A DNA stretch of 64,000 nucleotides from Polyangiales bacterium (GTDB lineage: Bacteria > Myxococcota_A > Polyangia > Polyangiales > JADJQN01). Location of the stretch: positions 416,001-480,000 of the forward strand of contig CAXNJO010000002.1 of the NCBI GenBank assembly GCA_964202905.1. The letters are read 5' to 3'. The translations under genes were made by a program, and so were the position numbers. Position 1 is the stretch's first letter; every line of letters begins with the position of its first letter. Below are positions 39,199-49,736 of this stretch, piece by piece. The notes under the pieces were generated by a model, which had not been told where the DNA came from, ran no database searches, and worked only from the letters and a program-made list of their open reading frames with translations.

Positions 39199-40800
39199 GT
39201 GACCGACGGCGAGACGCAGGGTGCGCGCGAGCGCGGCGCGATGGCCGGCCGTGCGGGCCTCGTCGCCACGGGCACGCTCGCCTCCCGCGTGCTCGGCGCC
39301 GTGCGCGACTCCGTGATCGCGCACCACTTCGCGCTCGGCGCGACCGACGCGTTCTACGTCGCCTTCACGATCCCCAACGCGCTGCGTGGCCTGCTCGGCG
39401 AGGGGGCGGTCGGCGGCGCGTTCATCCCCGTCTACGCCGAGGTCAGACAGCGCGAAGGCGAGCCTCGCGCGCGCGCATTTTACGCGGGGCTGACGGGCGT
39501 GATGCTCGCGATCCTCGCGCTCGTGTCGATCGGCGGCGTTCTCTTCGCAGGGCCGATCGTCAAGCTCTACGCGGCGGGCTACGACGCGCGGAAGTACGCG
39601 CTCACCGTGACGCTCACCCAGCTGGTGTTCCCGTACATCTTCTTCATGGGCGTCGCGGCGCTCGGCATGGGCGTGCTGAACGCGCTGCGGCGCTTCTTCG
39701 TGCCCGCCTTCGCCCCGGCGATGCTGAGCGTCGCGATGATCGCGGCGCCCGTGGCGTTCGTGCCGCTCGCGATCGCCCTCGGGCTCGATCCGATCACTGG
39801 GCTCGCGCTCGCCGCGCTCGTCGGCGGCGCGCTGCAGGTGGGCGCGCAGATCCCCGCGCTGCGCGGCGTCGGCTACCTGCAGCGGCCGCGCTGGGGCTGG
39901 GGCGATCCGTACGTGCGCAAGGCTGTCGGGCTGCTCGGCCCGATGCTCGTCGGGCTCGGCGTCTACCAGCTCAACCTCATCCTCTCCCGGCAGTTCGCCT
40001 CCTTCCTGCCGGAGGGCTCGCAGAGCTACCTCTACTACGGCTCGCGGATCGTCGACATCCCGCAGGGCGTGTTCGCGCTCGCGATCGCGTCGGCGGCGAT
40101 CCCCTCGCTCTCGACGCTCCGCAACGCGGGCCAGCACCTCGAGGTCAAGCGCACCTTCACGTACGCGCTGCGCCTCTCGCTCTTCGTCGCGGTGCCCGCG
40201 AGCGTGCTGCTCGTCGTGCTCGCCGAGCCGACGTGCGCCGTGCTCTTTCAGCGCGGCAACTTCGATCACGCCGCGACGCTCGAGACGGCGCGCTCCCTCG
40301 CGTGGCAGGCGACGGGGATCTGGGCCGTCGCCGCGGTGCGGATCGTCGTGCCGACGTTCTATGCCTACAACGACACGCGCACGCCGGTGATCTGCAGCGT
40401 CGTGAACCTCCTCGCGTTCGTGGGCGTCGCGCTCGCCGCGATGCCGACCCTCGCCCACGTCGGGATCGCGCTCGCGCTCTCGGTCGCGAACACCGCGCAG
40501 CTGCTCGCGCTGCTCGCGCTGCTGCGGCGGCGCGCGGGGCTGCTCGGGATGCGCTCGGTCGTCGTCAGCGTGCTCAAGACGTCACTCGGCTGCGCCGCGA
40601 TGGCCGCGGCGGCCGGGGGCGTCGCGCGGCTCGGGCGCTGGGAAGCGGGCGGCAACGACCCACGCAACCTGCTCGTGTTCGCGGGGTCGCTGCTGGTGGC
40701 CGCGGTCGTGTACCTCGGCTTCGCGCACCTCGCGCGCGCGCCGGAACTCGCGGACGTCGTCGGGGCGCTGCGCCGCCGCCTCGCCCGTCGCCGCGCCTGA
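39199..40800 (+). CDS. murJ: Lipid II flippase MurJ (MviN)
   Basis: SRVLGAVRD, DAFYVAFTIPNALRGLLGEGA, FIPVY, LFQRGNF, FYAYNDTRTP. Start GTG 39199 or ATG 39241. Confidence 0.96.
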   Translation: MTDGETQGARERGAMAGRAGLVATGTLASRVLGAVRDSVIAHHFALGATDAFYVAFTIPNALRGLLGEGAVGGAFIPVYAEVRQREGEPRARAFYAGLTGVMLAILALVSIGGVLFAGPIVKLYAAGYDARKYALTVTLTQLVFPYIFFMGVAALGMGVLNALRRFFVPAFAPAMLSVAMIAAPVAFVPLAIALGLDPITGLALAALVGGALQVGAQIPALRGVGYLQRPRWGWGDPYVRKAVGLLGPMLVGLGVYQLNLILSRQFASFLPEGSQSYLYYGSRIVDIPQGVFALAIASAAIPSLSTLRNAGQHLEVKRTFTYALRLSLFVAVPASVLLVVLAEPTCAVLFQRGNFDHAATLETARSLAWQATGIWAVAAVRIVVPTFYAYNDTRTPVICSVVNLLAFVGVALAAMPTLAHVGIALALSVANTAQLLALLALLRRRAGLLGMRSVVVSVLKTSLGCAAMAAAAGGVARLGRWEAGGNDPRNLLVFAGSLLVAAVVYLGFAHLARAPELADVVGALRRRLARRRA

Positions 40801-40867
40801 GCGCGCCCGGCGCCGCCTCGGGGTGACCGCCCGGTACGCGCTGGGGGGGCGTGCTACACGCTCGGCC

Positions 40868-41758
40868 ATGTCTGCGCCCGCGCCGCTCCCTTCTCCGCTC
40901 GACGTGCTCGACGCCGTCTTCGTCGCGACGGCCGTGAAGGTGAGCGGCCTGCCCGCGCCGGCGCTGCCCGAGCTCGCCTTCGCGGGCCGCTCGAACGTCG
41001 GGAAGTCGAGCCTGATCAACACGTTGGTGCAGCGGCGCAAGCTCGTGCGGACGAGCGCGACGCCGGGCGCGACGCGCGGGCTCAACCTCTTCCGGGCGAC
41101 GCTGCGCGGGGGCGAGCAGCTCGATCTCGTCGACCTGCCCGGCTACGGCTACGCGAAGGTCAGCAAGGTCGAGCGCGGGTCGTGGGGCCCGCTCATCGAG
41201 GGCTTCCTCCAGCGGCGCGCGGGGCTCCGCGCGGTCGTCGTCATCGTCGATGCACGCCGCGGCCTCGAGCCCGACGACGCGCAGCTGCTCGAGTTTTTGC
41301 AGCACCTCTCGCTGCGCGCGTTCGTCGTCGCGACGAAGGTCGACAAGCTCCCGGCCAACAAGCAGAAGCCGGCGGTCGCGGCGATCGCGCGCGAGGCCGG
41401 CGTGCGTGCCTTCGGCTTCTCGAGCGAGGACGGCACCGGGCGTGACGCCCTCTGGCGCGCGCTCACCCGCGCGGCGGGCATCGGCGAGTCCGAAGCGGTG
41501 ACCACCGACGTCGCCGGGGCCGAGGGGACGAGCGAGTCGGCCGCGCCTGCGGGGAGCCGCGCGCCGGCTCAGCGCACGGCAGGCGAGCCGGCCGCGAGCA
41601 CGCCGGTCACGCCGTCGCCGGGCCGCGCCGCGAAGACCTCATCCGGACCGCGCTCCGCGAGCCGCGACGGGGCCTCGGGCGCTGCGGCGAAGTCCCGCGC
41701 GCCGGGCGCCTCCCGCCCGGCCACGAAGACCTCGCGCCGGGGCCCGACGGGCAGGTAA
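40868..41758 (+). CDS. engB: Ribosome biogenesis GTPase YihA/YsxC
   Basis: AFAGRSNVGKSSLIN, TPGAT, DLPGYGYA, TKVDK; low-complexity C-terminal extension. Confidence 0.94.
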   Translation: MSAPAPLPSPLDVLDAVFVATAVKVSGLPAPALPELAFAGRSNVGKSSLINTLVQRRKLVRTSATPGATRGLNLFRATLRGGEQLDLVDLPGYGYAKVSKVERGSWGPLIEGFLQRRAGLRAVVVIVDARRGLEPDDAQLLEFLQHLSLRAFVVATKVDKLPANKQKPAVAAIAREAGVRAFGFSSEDGTGRDALWRALTRAAGIGESEAVTTDVAGAEGTSESAAPAGSRAPAQRTAGEPAASTPVTPSPGRAAKTSSGPRSASRDGASGAAAKSRAPGASRPATKTSRRGPTGR

Positions 41759-42435
41759 CGCGCCCGCCCCTCGCCCTCGACGAAGGCTTTCACGATCGAT
41801 GGAGCGCGGAGGCTCCAGTCGTGCAGCCGCGGCCGCAGCAGGCCGCCGAAGAGCCCGTCGCCGAAGTCGGCCATGAGGCCGTACGAGAGCAGGCTGCGCG
41901 CGTCGCCCTGGGGACGCACCGTGAAGAAGCCCCACGCCGCGCGCACCGAGTGCGGGCGGCTCGGGTCGAGCGCGAACGTGAGGTCGCGGCGCGCCGCGTC
42001 GACGCGCGCGCTGAGGGCGTAGTGCGCGCGGATCGGGCCGACCTCGTGCTCGAGCGCGACCGTCCGGCGATCGCCGCGCGACGAGAGCGTCCGCGCCGCG
42101 GTGCAGGCGGGCAGCATCTTCGGGTAGCGCGCGGTGTCGAGCAGCGCGCGCCAGAGTGCGTCGGCCGGGAGCGCGATCACCTGCCAGCTCGTGCCGCCGA
42201 CGAGCACCTGCCCGCCGCGGCGCTCCGAGCGGCGCCGGACCACGAGGCCGCCGCTCTCGAGCGTGCGGCGCTCGGCGGACGTGAACGCGCGCGGCGCCGC
42301 GGACGAGGACGCAGGCCGCGATTGGGCCCCGGCGCGCCCGGGCGACGACGCGGGCCCCGCCGCGAACATGCCGAGCGTGCCGAGCGCGCCCACGACCGCG
42401 AGCAGCGCCGCCCGCGTGGTGCGGGCGCGGGCCAT
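41569..42435 (-). CDS. Secreted SRPBCC/START-fold (polyketide cyclase-like) protein
   Basis: Signal-like N-terminus; IALPADALWRALLDTARYPKMLP START-type motif. Confidence 0.72.
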   Translation of the reverse strand: MARARTTRAALLAVVGALGTLGMFAAGPASSPGRAGAQSRPASSSAAPRAFTSAERRTLESGGLVVRRRSERRGGQVLVGGTSWQVIALPADALWRALLDTARYPKMLPACTAARTLSSRGDRRTVALEHEVGPIRAHYALSARVDAARRDLTFALDPSRPHSVRAAWGFFTVRPQGDARSLLSYGLMADFGDGLFGGLLRPRLHDWSLRAPSIVKAFVEGEGRARYLPVGPRREVFVAGREAPGARDFAAAPEAPSRLAERGPDEVFAARPGDGVTGVLAAGSPAVR

Positions 42436-42520
42436 CGGGGCGCGCTGCGGGCGGGCGGGCGGTCGCGTCATCGGGAGCAAGGCTATCAGAACGCGCACGC
42501 GGCGGTCTTGCCCGGCGCGG

Positions 42521-43339
42521 TCAGGGATGGAGCGCGAGCGGTGCGCCCGTCGCCGCGCCGCCCGGCGGTGTCCCAGGGTACCAGGGCCAGAAAGGCGCGC
42601 GATCCCGGCAATGCGGGCGATCGGACGGATCGCAGTAGATGCGGACGTGAAAGTGGTTGCGGTGCGGGTGACCGCGTCCGGGCTGCACGAGCAGCGCGGC
42701 CGCGCGATCGAGGACGGCGCGGCTCGCCCCGCGGCGCCGCCCCTCCTCGAGCAGGCGGGCACGGAGGGCGGTCCCGACGAACACGTACTGCACGCGCGCG
42801 TCGGGGTCGCTGACGAGGCGCGCGACGAACTCCCAGTTGCGCGCGTCGTCGAAGCGCAGGCCCTCGTTGGGCGTCTTGCCGAGGCCATCCGCGCCGAACT
42901 CGGCGAACGCGAACGGCTCGAACGGGCGCCCCGCTCCGTCGAGCATGTAGAACGCGACGTCGACGTCGCGCCCGCTCTCGTGCGAGCCGTGTCCGTCGAT
43001 GTCGCCGCCCTCGCGCTTCGAGAGTTCGCCGACACTCAGCTTCGCGCCGGGCACGCGCCGCGCGACCACGCGGGCGGCCCGCTCGAGCAACTGCACGAGC
43101 TCGTGCGTGCCCCAGAAATGCCCCGCGGGTGCGTATTCGCCGGCGTGCCGCACCCACTCCGACTCGGGCAGTTCGACCCCGTCGCGCAGGCGCCCCTGCC
43201 ACGGGTAGCCGACCGAGCGGCTCCGCGGCGCACGCACACGCCGGCGCGTCCCGGCGCGCGGAGGCGTCGCGCGCGCGGCCTCGGCCACGAGGAGCGCGGC
43301 GCAGCAGAGCGCGATCGCGAGGACGAGCGGACGACGCAT
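42521..43339 (-). CDS. Second MepA-like murein endopeptidase
   Basis: Signal peptide; SRSVGYPWQGRL, WGTHELV, HGSHESGRDVD, HRNHFHVRIYC. Confidence 0.9.
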   Translation of the reverse strand: MRRPLVLAIALCCAALLVAEAARATPPRAGTRRRVRAPRSRSVGYPWQGRLRDGVELPESEWVRHAGEYAPAGHFWGTHELVQLLERAARVVARRVPGAKLSVGELSKREGGDIDGHGSHESGRDVDVAFYMLDGAGRPFEPFAFAEFGADGLGKTPNEGLRFDDARNWEFVARLVSDPDARVQYVFVGTALRARLLEEGRRRGASRAVLDRAAALLVQPGRGHPHRNHFHVRIYCDPSDRPHCRDRAPFWPWYPGTPPGGAATGAPLALHP

Positions 43340-43463
43340 AGCGCGTCCCGATGGATAGGCTGCGCGCAGGGAACCGCCAAGTTTGCGGGCAACGAGGTGT
43401 CGCTGCGGGGTGTCGCGAGCGCGGGAGCGCGCGTCGTGCGGAACGAACTGAGCCGACCGCGCG

Positions 43464-45054
43464 TCAGGGCAGCCCGACGACCGCGACCGGCACGAGGGAA
43501 TCCACGGTGTCGTCGTTGCCGAGACGCCCATCCGCGCCCGTGCCCCAGCAGAGAGCGGTCCCGTCCCCGCGCGCGGCGCAGGTGTGCTCAGCGCCCGCGG
43601 AGACGTGCACCGACGCGGCCGCGCAGCGACGACCGAAACGGGCGTCGGGCGGTCGGAGGACGTGCCGTCGCCGAGGCACCCGGCCGCTGTTGCTTGCCCC
43701 AGCACTGCACAGTGCCACCGTCGTCGAACCGCGCGCAAGCGTGGCGGCATCACCTGCTGTGAGTTGCGAGCGCGCCATCCGTGAGACCCGGCGACGATCG
43801 GCGCGCCGCGCTGCTGATCTGTCGGTCGACCCGTCGCCGAGCTGCCCGCCCGCGTTGCCACCCCAGCAAGCGACCTGGACACGCGCGCCGCCGACGCGCG
43901 CGCAGTTGAAGTCGCCGCCCGACGCGACGTCGCGCGCGGCGGCGAGCGTGGTCACGACCGTCGGCGCCCCCCGATCCGTCATCGATCCGTCGCCGAGCTG
44001 CCGAGCACCGTTCTCGCCCCAGCAAAGGCCGCTGCCATCTTCGAGGATGGCACAGCTATGTTTGCCACCGCCGGAGACGTCGACGACCCGGAGCGGCAGC
44101 GTGACCTCCGTCGCGACCGCGAGGTCGCCCCCCGCGACGCCGAGCTGCCCCCTGTCGTTGCGCCCCCAGCAGGACAGGAGCCCGCCCACGCGCAGCGCGC
44201 AGGTGTGCTCGCCGCCCGTGGCCACGCGCACGGCGTCGGTCACGGCGGTCTCGACCGGGGCGAGCCGATCCATCTTGAAGCCGTCGCCGAGCCGTCCGTT
44301 GCCGCCGTCGCCCCAGCAGACGACGCGCCCGGTCGCGCGCACCGCGCAGGCGTGGACCGTGCCCGCGTCGAGGTCGACGGCATCCTCGAGGCCCATCACC
44401 TGCACGGCCGTGTTCGACGCCGCGGCGGAGCCGCGCCCGAGCTGCCCGACCGCGTTCGCGCCCCAGCAGTAGACGCGCCCACCCGCGAGCCGTGCGCACG
44501 AGAAGTCCGACCCGGCGGCGACCTGCACGACGTCGTTCGCGGGCCACGCACGCCGACGCCGCGCACATCTCGCCCGACGCACAGGCGCGACCGCAGGCCC
44601 CGCAGTTCGCGGGATCGTCGGCGAACGAAAAGCCCTCGTCGACGAGACCGTCGCAGTCGTCGTCGCGCCCGTTGCACGCCTCCGACACAGGGCCGCAGCC
44701 CGCGTCGACGTCGCCGGCATCCGACGCGCCGCCGTCCGCCACGCCACCTTCCTCGGCGCCGCCATCCGACGGGCCGCCATCGACATCCCCCGCGTCGACA
44801 TCGCCGCCATCGCGCGGTCCGGGGCCTCCATCGGCGCCCGCCTCCGTCGGATCGCCCCCGCCATCGACGCTCGCGAGCCCCGTGCGGGTCGCCGAGCACG
44901 CAGCGAGCGCCGCGCAAAGCGCAACCGTGACGACGGTCCAACGCCGCGTTGCACACGAACGAGCCGGTGCACACGAACGAGCCGGTGCACACGAACGAGC
45001 CGGTGCACACGAACGAGAGGGCGGCGCGGCGTCGGGAAAAAATGCTGGATGCAT
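43464..45054 (-). CDS. Lipoprotein with Cys-rich modules and RCC1 repeats, several frameshifts; start uncertain
   Basis: ALAAC lipobox, DGG tether, EACNGRDDDCDG, DPANCGACG; RCC1 repeats (CWGANAVGQLG, CWGRNDRGQLG). Frame changes at about 44540 and 43600-43800. Confidence 0.82.
44950..45017. repeat. 18-bp perfect tandem repeat, 3.8 copies
   Basis: tgcacacgaacgagccgg at 44950, 44968, 44986; 14-nt partial copy at 45004. Confidence 0.95.
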
Positions 45055-45236
45055 GGGAAGACCTCGGACGTACGCATGACCCAGGCGCGAACTCGCCGAG
45101 CGTAGACGGAAATCCTTTCGCCGTGAACGGATGTCCGACGACGAGCCTGCACGCGAGAGCGTTGACGGCGTAAGGCCGCGGATGTTGCGATGGGCCGCGC
45201 GCCCGTGACGTCGTGTGGAGCGCCTAGGAGTCCGCC

Positions 45237-46472
45237 ATGCCCCGTCCCGCTCCCGTGCTGGATCGCCCCCTTCGACGCGCCGCGACGCTCCTGCTGGCCG
45301 CGTCCCTCACGACCCTCGGCGCGGCCTGCGGAGGCTCGGATGCGCCGACCGGCGCCGATGGCGGCCCCCGTGATCTCGGGGGCGTGCGCGACGCGGGCCC
45401 CGAGTTGGACGCAGGCGCAGACAGCGACGCGGGCTCGGGCATCGATGCCGGCGCAGACAGCGACGCAGGCGCAGACGGCGACGCAGGCGCAGACGGCGAC
45501 GCAGGCGCAGACGGCGACGCAGGCGCAGACGGCGACGCAGGCGCAGACAGCGACGCGGGCCCACCGCCCGACATCGACGCAGGCCCATCGCCCGACGGCG
45601 ACGCAGGTCCACCCGACGCCATCCCCGCGTGCCCCACCTTCGCCGACGCGGTCGAGCGCGCGCGCACGCCCTACGATCCGTTCTTCCCGAGCCGCAGCGT
45701 GCGTGAGGCGAGCGGCCTCGCCGAGAGCCGCCGCAACCCCGGCGTGCTCTGGCTGCACAACGACTCGGGCGGCGGTCCGCGCCTGTTCGCCGCGCGGATC
45801 GCGCCCGCCGGGACCGTGTTCTACGACCTCGCGGACGCCGGTGCGCGCGACTGGGAGGACATCGCCGTCGGCCCCGGCCCCGAAGCGGGCGTGTCCTATG
45901 TCTACGTCGGCGACATCGGCGACAACGGCGAGTCCCGCGCGAACATCGACGTCTACCGCGTCGCGGAGCCCGCCGTCGGCGCGGCCTCGGCGACGCCCCT
46001 CACGCTCACGGGCGTCGAGCGCTTCACGCTCGTCTACCCTGACCGCGCGCACAACGCCGAGACGCTCCTCGTCGACCCGCGCACTGGCGACGTGTTCGTC
46101 GTGGTCAAGAGCGGCTCGGGCGACTCGCCCGTCTACCGCGCCGCGGCCCCGCTCGCCGCGGGCACGACGACGCTCGAGCTCGTCGCGACGCTGCGTTTCG
46201 GGGCCGACCCGCTGCCTGGCAACGCGCTGACGACGGGCGGGGACATCTCCCCCGCGGGCGACGAGATCGCGATCCGCACCTACGACGCCGCCTATCTGTG
46301 GCGGCGCGCGCGCGGGGCGACCGTCGCCGAGGCGCTCGCCACCCCGCCGTGCCGCATCCCGCTGCGCCGCGAGACGCAGGGCGAGGCGCTCGGCTTCGCG
46401 GCGGATGGCAGCGGCTACTACTCGGTGAGCGAGGGGAACCTCGAGGTCGTCTCGTTCTACGCGCGGCGCTGA
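45237..46472 (+). CDS. Lipoprotein with DAGADG repeats and beta-propeller-like domain
   Basis: AGGAG RBS; LGAAC lipobox; [43 protein letters not shown]. Confidence 0.85.
   Translation: MPRPAPVLDRPLRRAATLLLAASLTTLGAACGGSDAPTGADGGPRDLGGVRDAGPELDAGADSDAGSGIDAGADSDAGADGDAGADGDAGADGDAGADGDAGADSDAGPPPDIDAGPSPDGDAGPPDAIPACPTFADAVERARTPYDPFFPSRSVREASGLAESRRNPGVLWLHNDSGGGPRLFAARIAPAGTVFYDLADAGARDWEDIAVGPGPEAGVSYVYVGDIGDNGESRANIDVYRVAEPAVGAASATPLTLTGVERFTLVYPDRAHNAETLLVDPRTGDVFVVVKSGSGDSPVYRAAAPLAAGTTTLELVATLRFGADPLPGNALTTGGDISPAGDEIAIRTYDAAYLWRRARGATVAEALATPPCRIPLRRETQGEALGFAADGSGYYSVSEGNLEVVSFYARR
45409..45557 (+). repeat. 18-bp coding tandem repeat (DAGAD[G/S])
   Basis: gacgcaggcgcagac(g/a)gc repeated about six times with one interruption. 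Confidence 0.9.
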
Positions 46473-46612
46473 CGCCCCCCCGCGACCGCCGCCGCGCCAC
46501 CGCAGCCCGGCCCGCTGCGACGCCGTGTCCCGTTGACGCAGCCCACGGACGCGTCCAGCTTCGCCGCGTGTCGCCGGCCGTCCCAGCCCCTGCGCGCAGC
46601 GCGCCGAGCGCC

Positions 46613-48487
46613 ATGGAGCTCGTCGGGGACCCCGCGCGCCACCTCGCGTTGCTGAAGGCGATCGCGCGGCGCACCGGGAACTCGGTCATCGTCACCGACC
46701 CCGCGGGCCACATCGAGTGGGTCAACGAAGGCTTCACCCGATTGACGGAGTTCCTGCCCGAGGAAGTGCTTGGCCGCCGCCCGGCGGAGCTGTTGCAGGG
46801 CCCCGATACCGAGCGTGCGACGCGCGCGCAGATGGCCGCCGCGATCGCGCTCGGGCTGCCGTTCGAAGTGGTCGTCCTCAACTACACGAAGTCGGGCCGG
46901 CAGTATTGGGTCCGCATCGAGGCCGAGCCCACGCGCGACGAGGAGGGCACGCTCACGGGTTTCATCGCGCTCGAGACGGACGTCACCGCGCAGCGCATCT
47001 CCGAGGCGCGCGAGGGCGTGACGAAGCGCATCGGCGACCTGCTCCTCATCTGCGACTCCATCGAGCGCGCCGCGCAGCACGTCGTCCGGGAGCTCTCGCG
47101 CACCCTCGACCTGCGTACGGCGCAGGTCTGGACGGTGACCCCCGGGCAGCCTCACCTGCACTACGTCGCCGGGGCCTGCGCCGACAACAGCGGGCAGGAG
47201 TGGCTCGACACGAGCGCGAACCGCACCTTCGCGCGCGGCACCGATTGGGTCGTCGGCGTCGGCGCGCCGGGCGTCGCGTGGGGCACCGCCGCGCCCTGCA
47301 TCAAGACGGACTTCTGGCAGTACGACAGCCGCGGGCAGCTCTCACGCCGTGCAGCCGCCGCGAAGCTCGCCGGGATCCGCACCGTCTGCGCGGTGCCGGT
47401 CCTCGGTCCCGAGGGCGTCATCGCTATCGTCGAGATCGGCGGCTCGCACAACTACCCGGGGAACGATCAGCTGCCCTCGCTCGTCGAGCGCGTCGCCCGT
47501 CAGCTCGGCGCGTCCATCGTGCAGCTGGAGAGCCGCCGCGCGTTCGAGGCGCTCTTCCGCCAGAGCCCCGACGCGCTGCTCGTCGTCGACGCGGAGGGCC
47601 TCGTGCAGCGCGCGAACGCCCGCGCCGTCGCGCTCTTCGGCGACGCGGTCGGGCAGCGGCTCGACGCGCTCCTCGCGGGCGGCGAGGCGCAGCTCTCGGC
47701 GGAGCGCCCCGCCTTCGGTGATCCCACACCGCTCCAGCAGCTCGCCGGCACGCGACCCGACGCGACGCGGTTCTCCGCGGAGGTCGCGATCTCGTCGACG
47801 ACCGCGACGGGCGCGCCGTCGAACATCGTCTCGGTGCGCGACCTGACGGAGCGGCACCTCGCGGAGGAGGCGCTGCGCCGCTCCCTCGAGGAGAAGGTCA
47901 CCCTCGTGCAGGAGGTGCACCACCGCGTGAAGAACAACCTGCAGATCATCTCGAGCCTCGTCTCGCTGCAGGCCGAGGACCTCGAGAGCGAGTCCGCGCG
48001 CGCCGCCCTGCGCGACACGTCGAACCGCATCCAGTCGATGGCCCTCGTGCACCAGCAGCTCTACGCCAACGACAACTTCGCGCGCATCGTCTTCGGGGAC
48101 TACGCGCGCGCGCTCTGCACCGCGCTGCACGTCTCGCTCGCGCCCGACGCCTCGCTGACCGTCGACGCCGACTTCGTCGAGACGACGGTGGAGCGCGCGG
48201 TCCCGGCGGGCCTCATCCTGAACGAGCTGCTCACGAACGCCTTCAAGCACGGCCACGCGCCAGGGCGCCGCGCGGCGATCCAGGTGCGCGTCGAGCGCCT
48301 CGAGGCGGGCTTCGCGTTCGTCGTCGCGGACGGGGGCCCGGCGTTCGGCGATCAGCCCGCGCGCAAGGGCTCGATCGGCCAGACGCTCATCCACGCGCTC
48401 GTTCGGCAGCTCCGCGCCAAGCGGACGTACACGCGCACCGCGACGGGCAACGAGGTCCGCGTCGAGCTGCCGAACGCGCTCGCCTGA
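46613..48487 (+). CDS. Cytoplasmic PAS-GAF-PAS-HisKA_2 sensor histidine kinase
   Basis: PAS (IEWVNEGF...NYTKSG), GAF (CAVPVLG), [26 protein letters not shown]. Possible earlier GTG at 46568. Confidence 0.9.
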   Translation: MELVGDPARHLALLKAIARRTGNSVIVTDPAGHIEWVNEGFTRLTEFLPEEVLGRRPAELLQGPDTERATRAQMAAAIALGLPFEVVVLNYTKSGRQYWVRIEAEPTRDEEGTLTGFIALETDVTAQRISEAREGVTKRIGDLLLICDSIERAAQHVVRELSRTLDLRTAQVWTVTPGQPHLHYVAGACADNSGQEWLDTSANRTFARGTDWVVGVGAPGVAWGTAAPCIKTDFWQYDSRGQLSRRAAAAKLAGIRTVCAVPVLGPEGVIAIVEIGGSHNYPGNDQLPSLVERVARQLGASIVQLESRRAFEALFRQSPDALLVVDAEGLVQRANARAVALFGDAVGQRLDALLAGGEAQLSAERPAFGDPTPLQQLAGTRPDATRFSAEVAISSTTATGAPSNIVSVRDLTERHLAEEALRRSLEEKVTLVQEVHHRVKNNLQIISSLVSLQAEDLESESARAALRDTSNRIQSMALVHQQLYANDNFARIVFGDYARALCTALHVSLAPDASLTVDADFVETTVERAVPAGLILNELLTNAFKHGHAPGRRAAIQVRVERLEAGFAFVVADGGPAFGDQPARKGSIGQTLIHALVRQLRAKRTYTRTATGNEVRVELPNALA

Positions 48488-48542
48488 CGGCGCGGCGAGG
48501 CCGCCACGCGACGGACGGGCCCGCGCTGCTATCGTCCGCGCG

Positions 48543-49715
48543 ATGCGCGCGACGCCCTGCCTGCTCGCCCTCGTGCTCGTCGCGTGCGGCGGCGCGCCCC
48601 CTCCCGCCCCGTCGGATGCGCCGGCACGTGCCCCCTCGGAGGCCCCACGCGCGGTGCGCGCCGCGCGTGTCCCGGATGGCGCGGACGCAGCGCGCGCCAC
48701 GACACCGGGCACCGACGCGTCGGCCGCGCGCGTGCTCGCCGGAGATGCGACGTTCGGCGACCTCGTTCGCGCGGCGCAGGCGCTCGAGGCGGGCGGCGCT
48801 GCGGCCTCGTCCGCAGGCTGTGTGCTCCGCGCGCCGCGGGGACCCGGCGCGTCGTACCGGCTCGACGCGGACATCTCCGTCGCGCTGCGCCCCTTGCCCG
48901 CCGCGTGGGAGGACCTCGACGCGCACCTCCGGGGGCGGCGCGGGCCGGCGCGGCTGCTCTCGCGCTGGGGCCAGACACGCGCCGAGCCGTATGCGCTCGC
49001 GCTCGCCGCGTTCACGGGGACCGCGCCCGTCGACCCTACCCTGCCCGCGGCCGCGATCGTCCTCACCGACGCCGGGGCGTGGGTGCTCGGCACCACGCGC
49101 GAGGCGCCCGCTGCCACGACACCGGTGCCGCTCGCCGCGCTCGCCGAGGCGCTCCGCGCGCTCACGCCGAACGGCGCCCCCGCGCAGCTCGCGGTGACCG
49201 CCGAGGCCACGCTCCCGCTCGCGACGCTGCGCGACGCGCTCGCCGTGCTCGCCCCACTCGGCGCGCCGATCGCGCTCGCCGTCCCGCTCGCCCCGGACGT
49301 GCGCCTCCCGGCCGAGCCCGTCGTCGCCCCCGAGGTGATGGACCGCGGCTTCTGCGGCAGCGGGCTGCCCGAGCCCGCGCCGGACGCGACCGAGGGCGAC
49401 CTGCCGGCGAGCGCCCTCCGCGCCGCGCTCGACCCGCTCCGCGAGGCCGCCGCGCGCTGCCTCGGCCAGACCGCGGGGCGCGCCGCGAGCGGCGGCCGTC
49501 TCGACCTCGCGCTGCGGGTCGGAGCGGACGGTCGCGTCGCGGAGGCCTGCGCCGTCCGCGACCCGATCCTCGACCCCGCGCTGCGCCTCTGCGTGCTCGC
49601 GGCCGCGCGCGCGCTGCGCTTCCCGCTGCCTGACCCGGCGGGCTTCGTGGATCTGGCGCTGCCGCTGCGCCTCGCGCCCGACGCCGCCCTCGCGCAGCGC
49701 CCGCTCTGCGAGTGA
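48543..49715 (+). CDS. Lipoprotein with C-terminal TonB-C/AgmX-like domain
   Basis: LVLVAC lipobox; C-terminus ARCL...GRLDLALRVGADGRV...CVLAAARALRFP. Confidence 0.68.
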   Translation: MRATPCLLALVLVACGGAPPPAPSDAPARAPSEAPRAVRAARVPDGADAARATTPGTDASAARVLAGDATFGDLVRAAQALEAGGAAASSAGCVLRAPRGPGASYRLDADISVALRPLPAAWEDLDAHLRGRRGPARLLSRWGQTRAEPYALALAAFTGTAPVDPTLPAAAIVLTDAGAWVLGTTREAPAATTPVPLAALAEALRALTPNGAPAQLAVTAEATLPLATLRDALAVLAPLGAPIALAVPLAPDVRLPAEPVVAPEVMDRGFCGSGLPEPAPDATEGDLPASALRAALDPLREAAARCLGQTAGRAASGGRLDLALRVGADGRVAEACAVRDPILDPALRLCVLAAARALRFPLPDPAGFVDLALPLRLAPDAALAQRPLCE

Positions 49716-49736
49716 GTCGCGCGGCGCGCGCCGCGC

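Noticed and set aside
44950..45557. Short repeats as a CRISPR array
   Set aside because: Head-to-tail tandem units without unique spacers; no cas genes in the window.
46660..46990. LOV photosensor in the histidine kinase
   Set aside because: [10 protein letters not shown] lacks the photoactive Cys of GRNCRFLQG; treated as an ordinary PAS domain.
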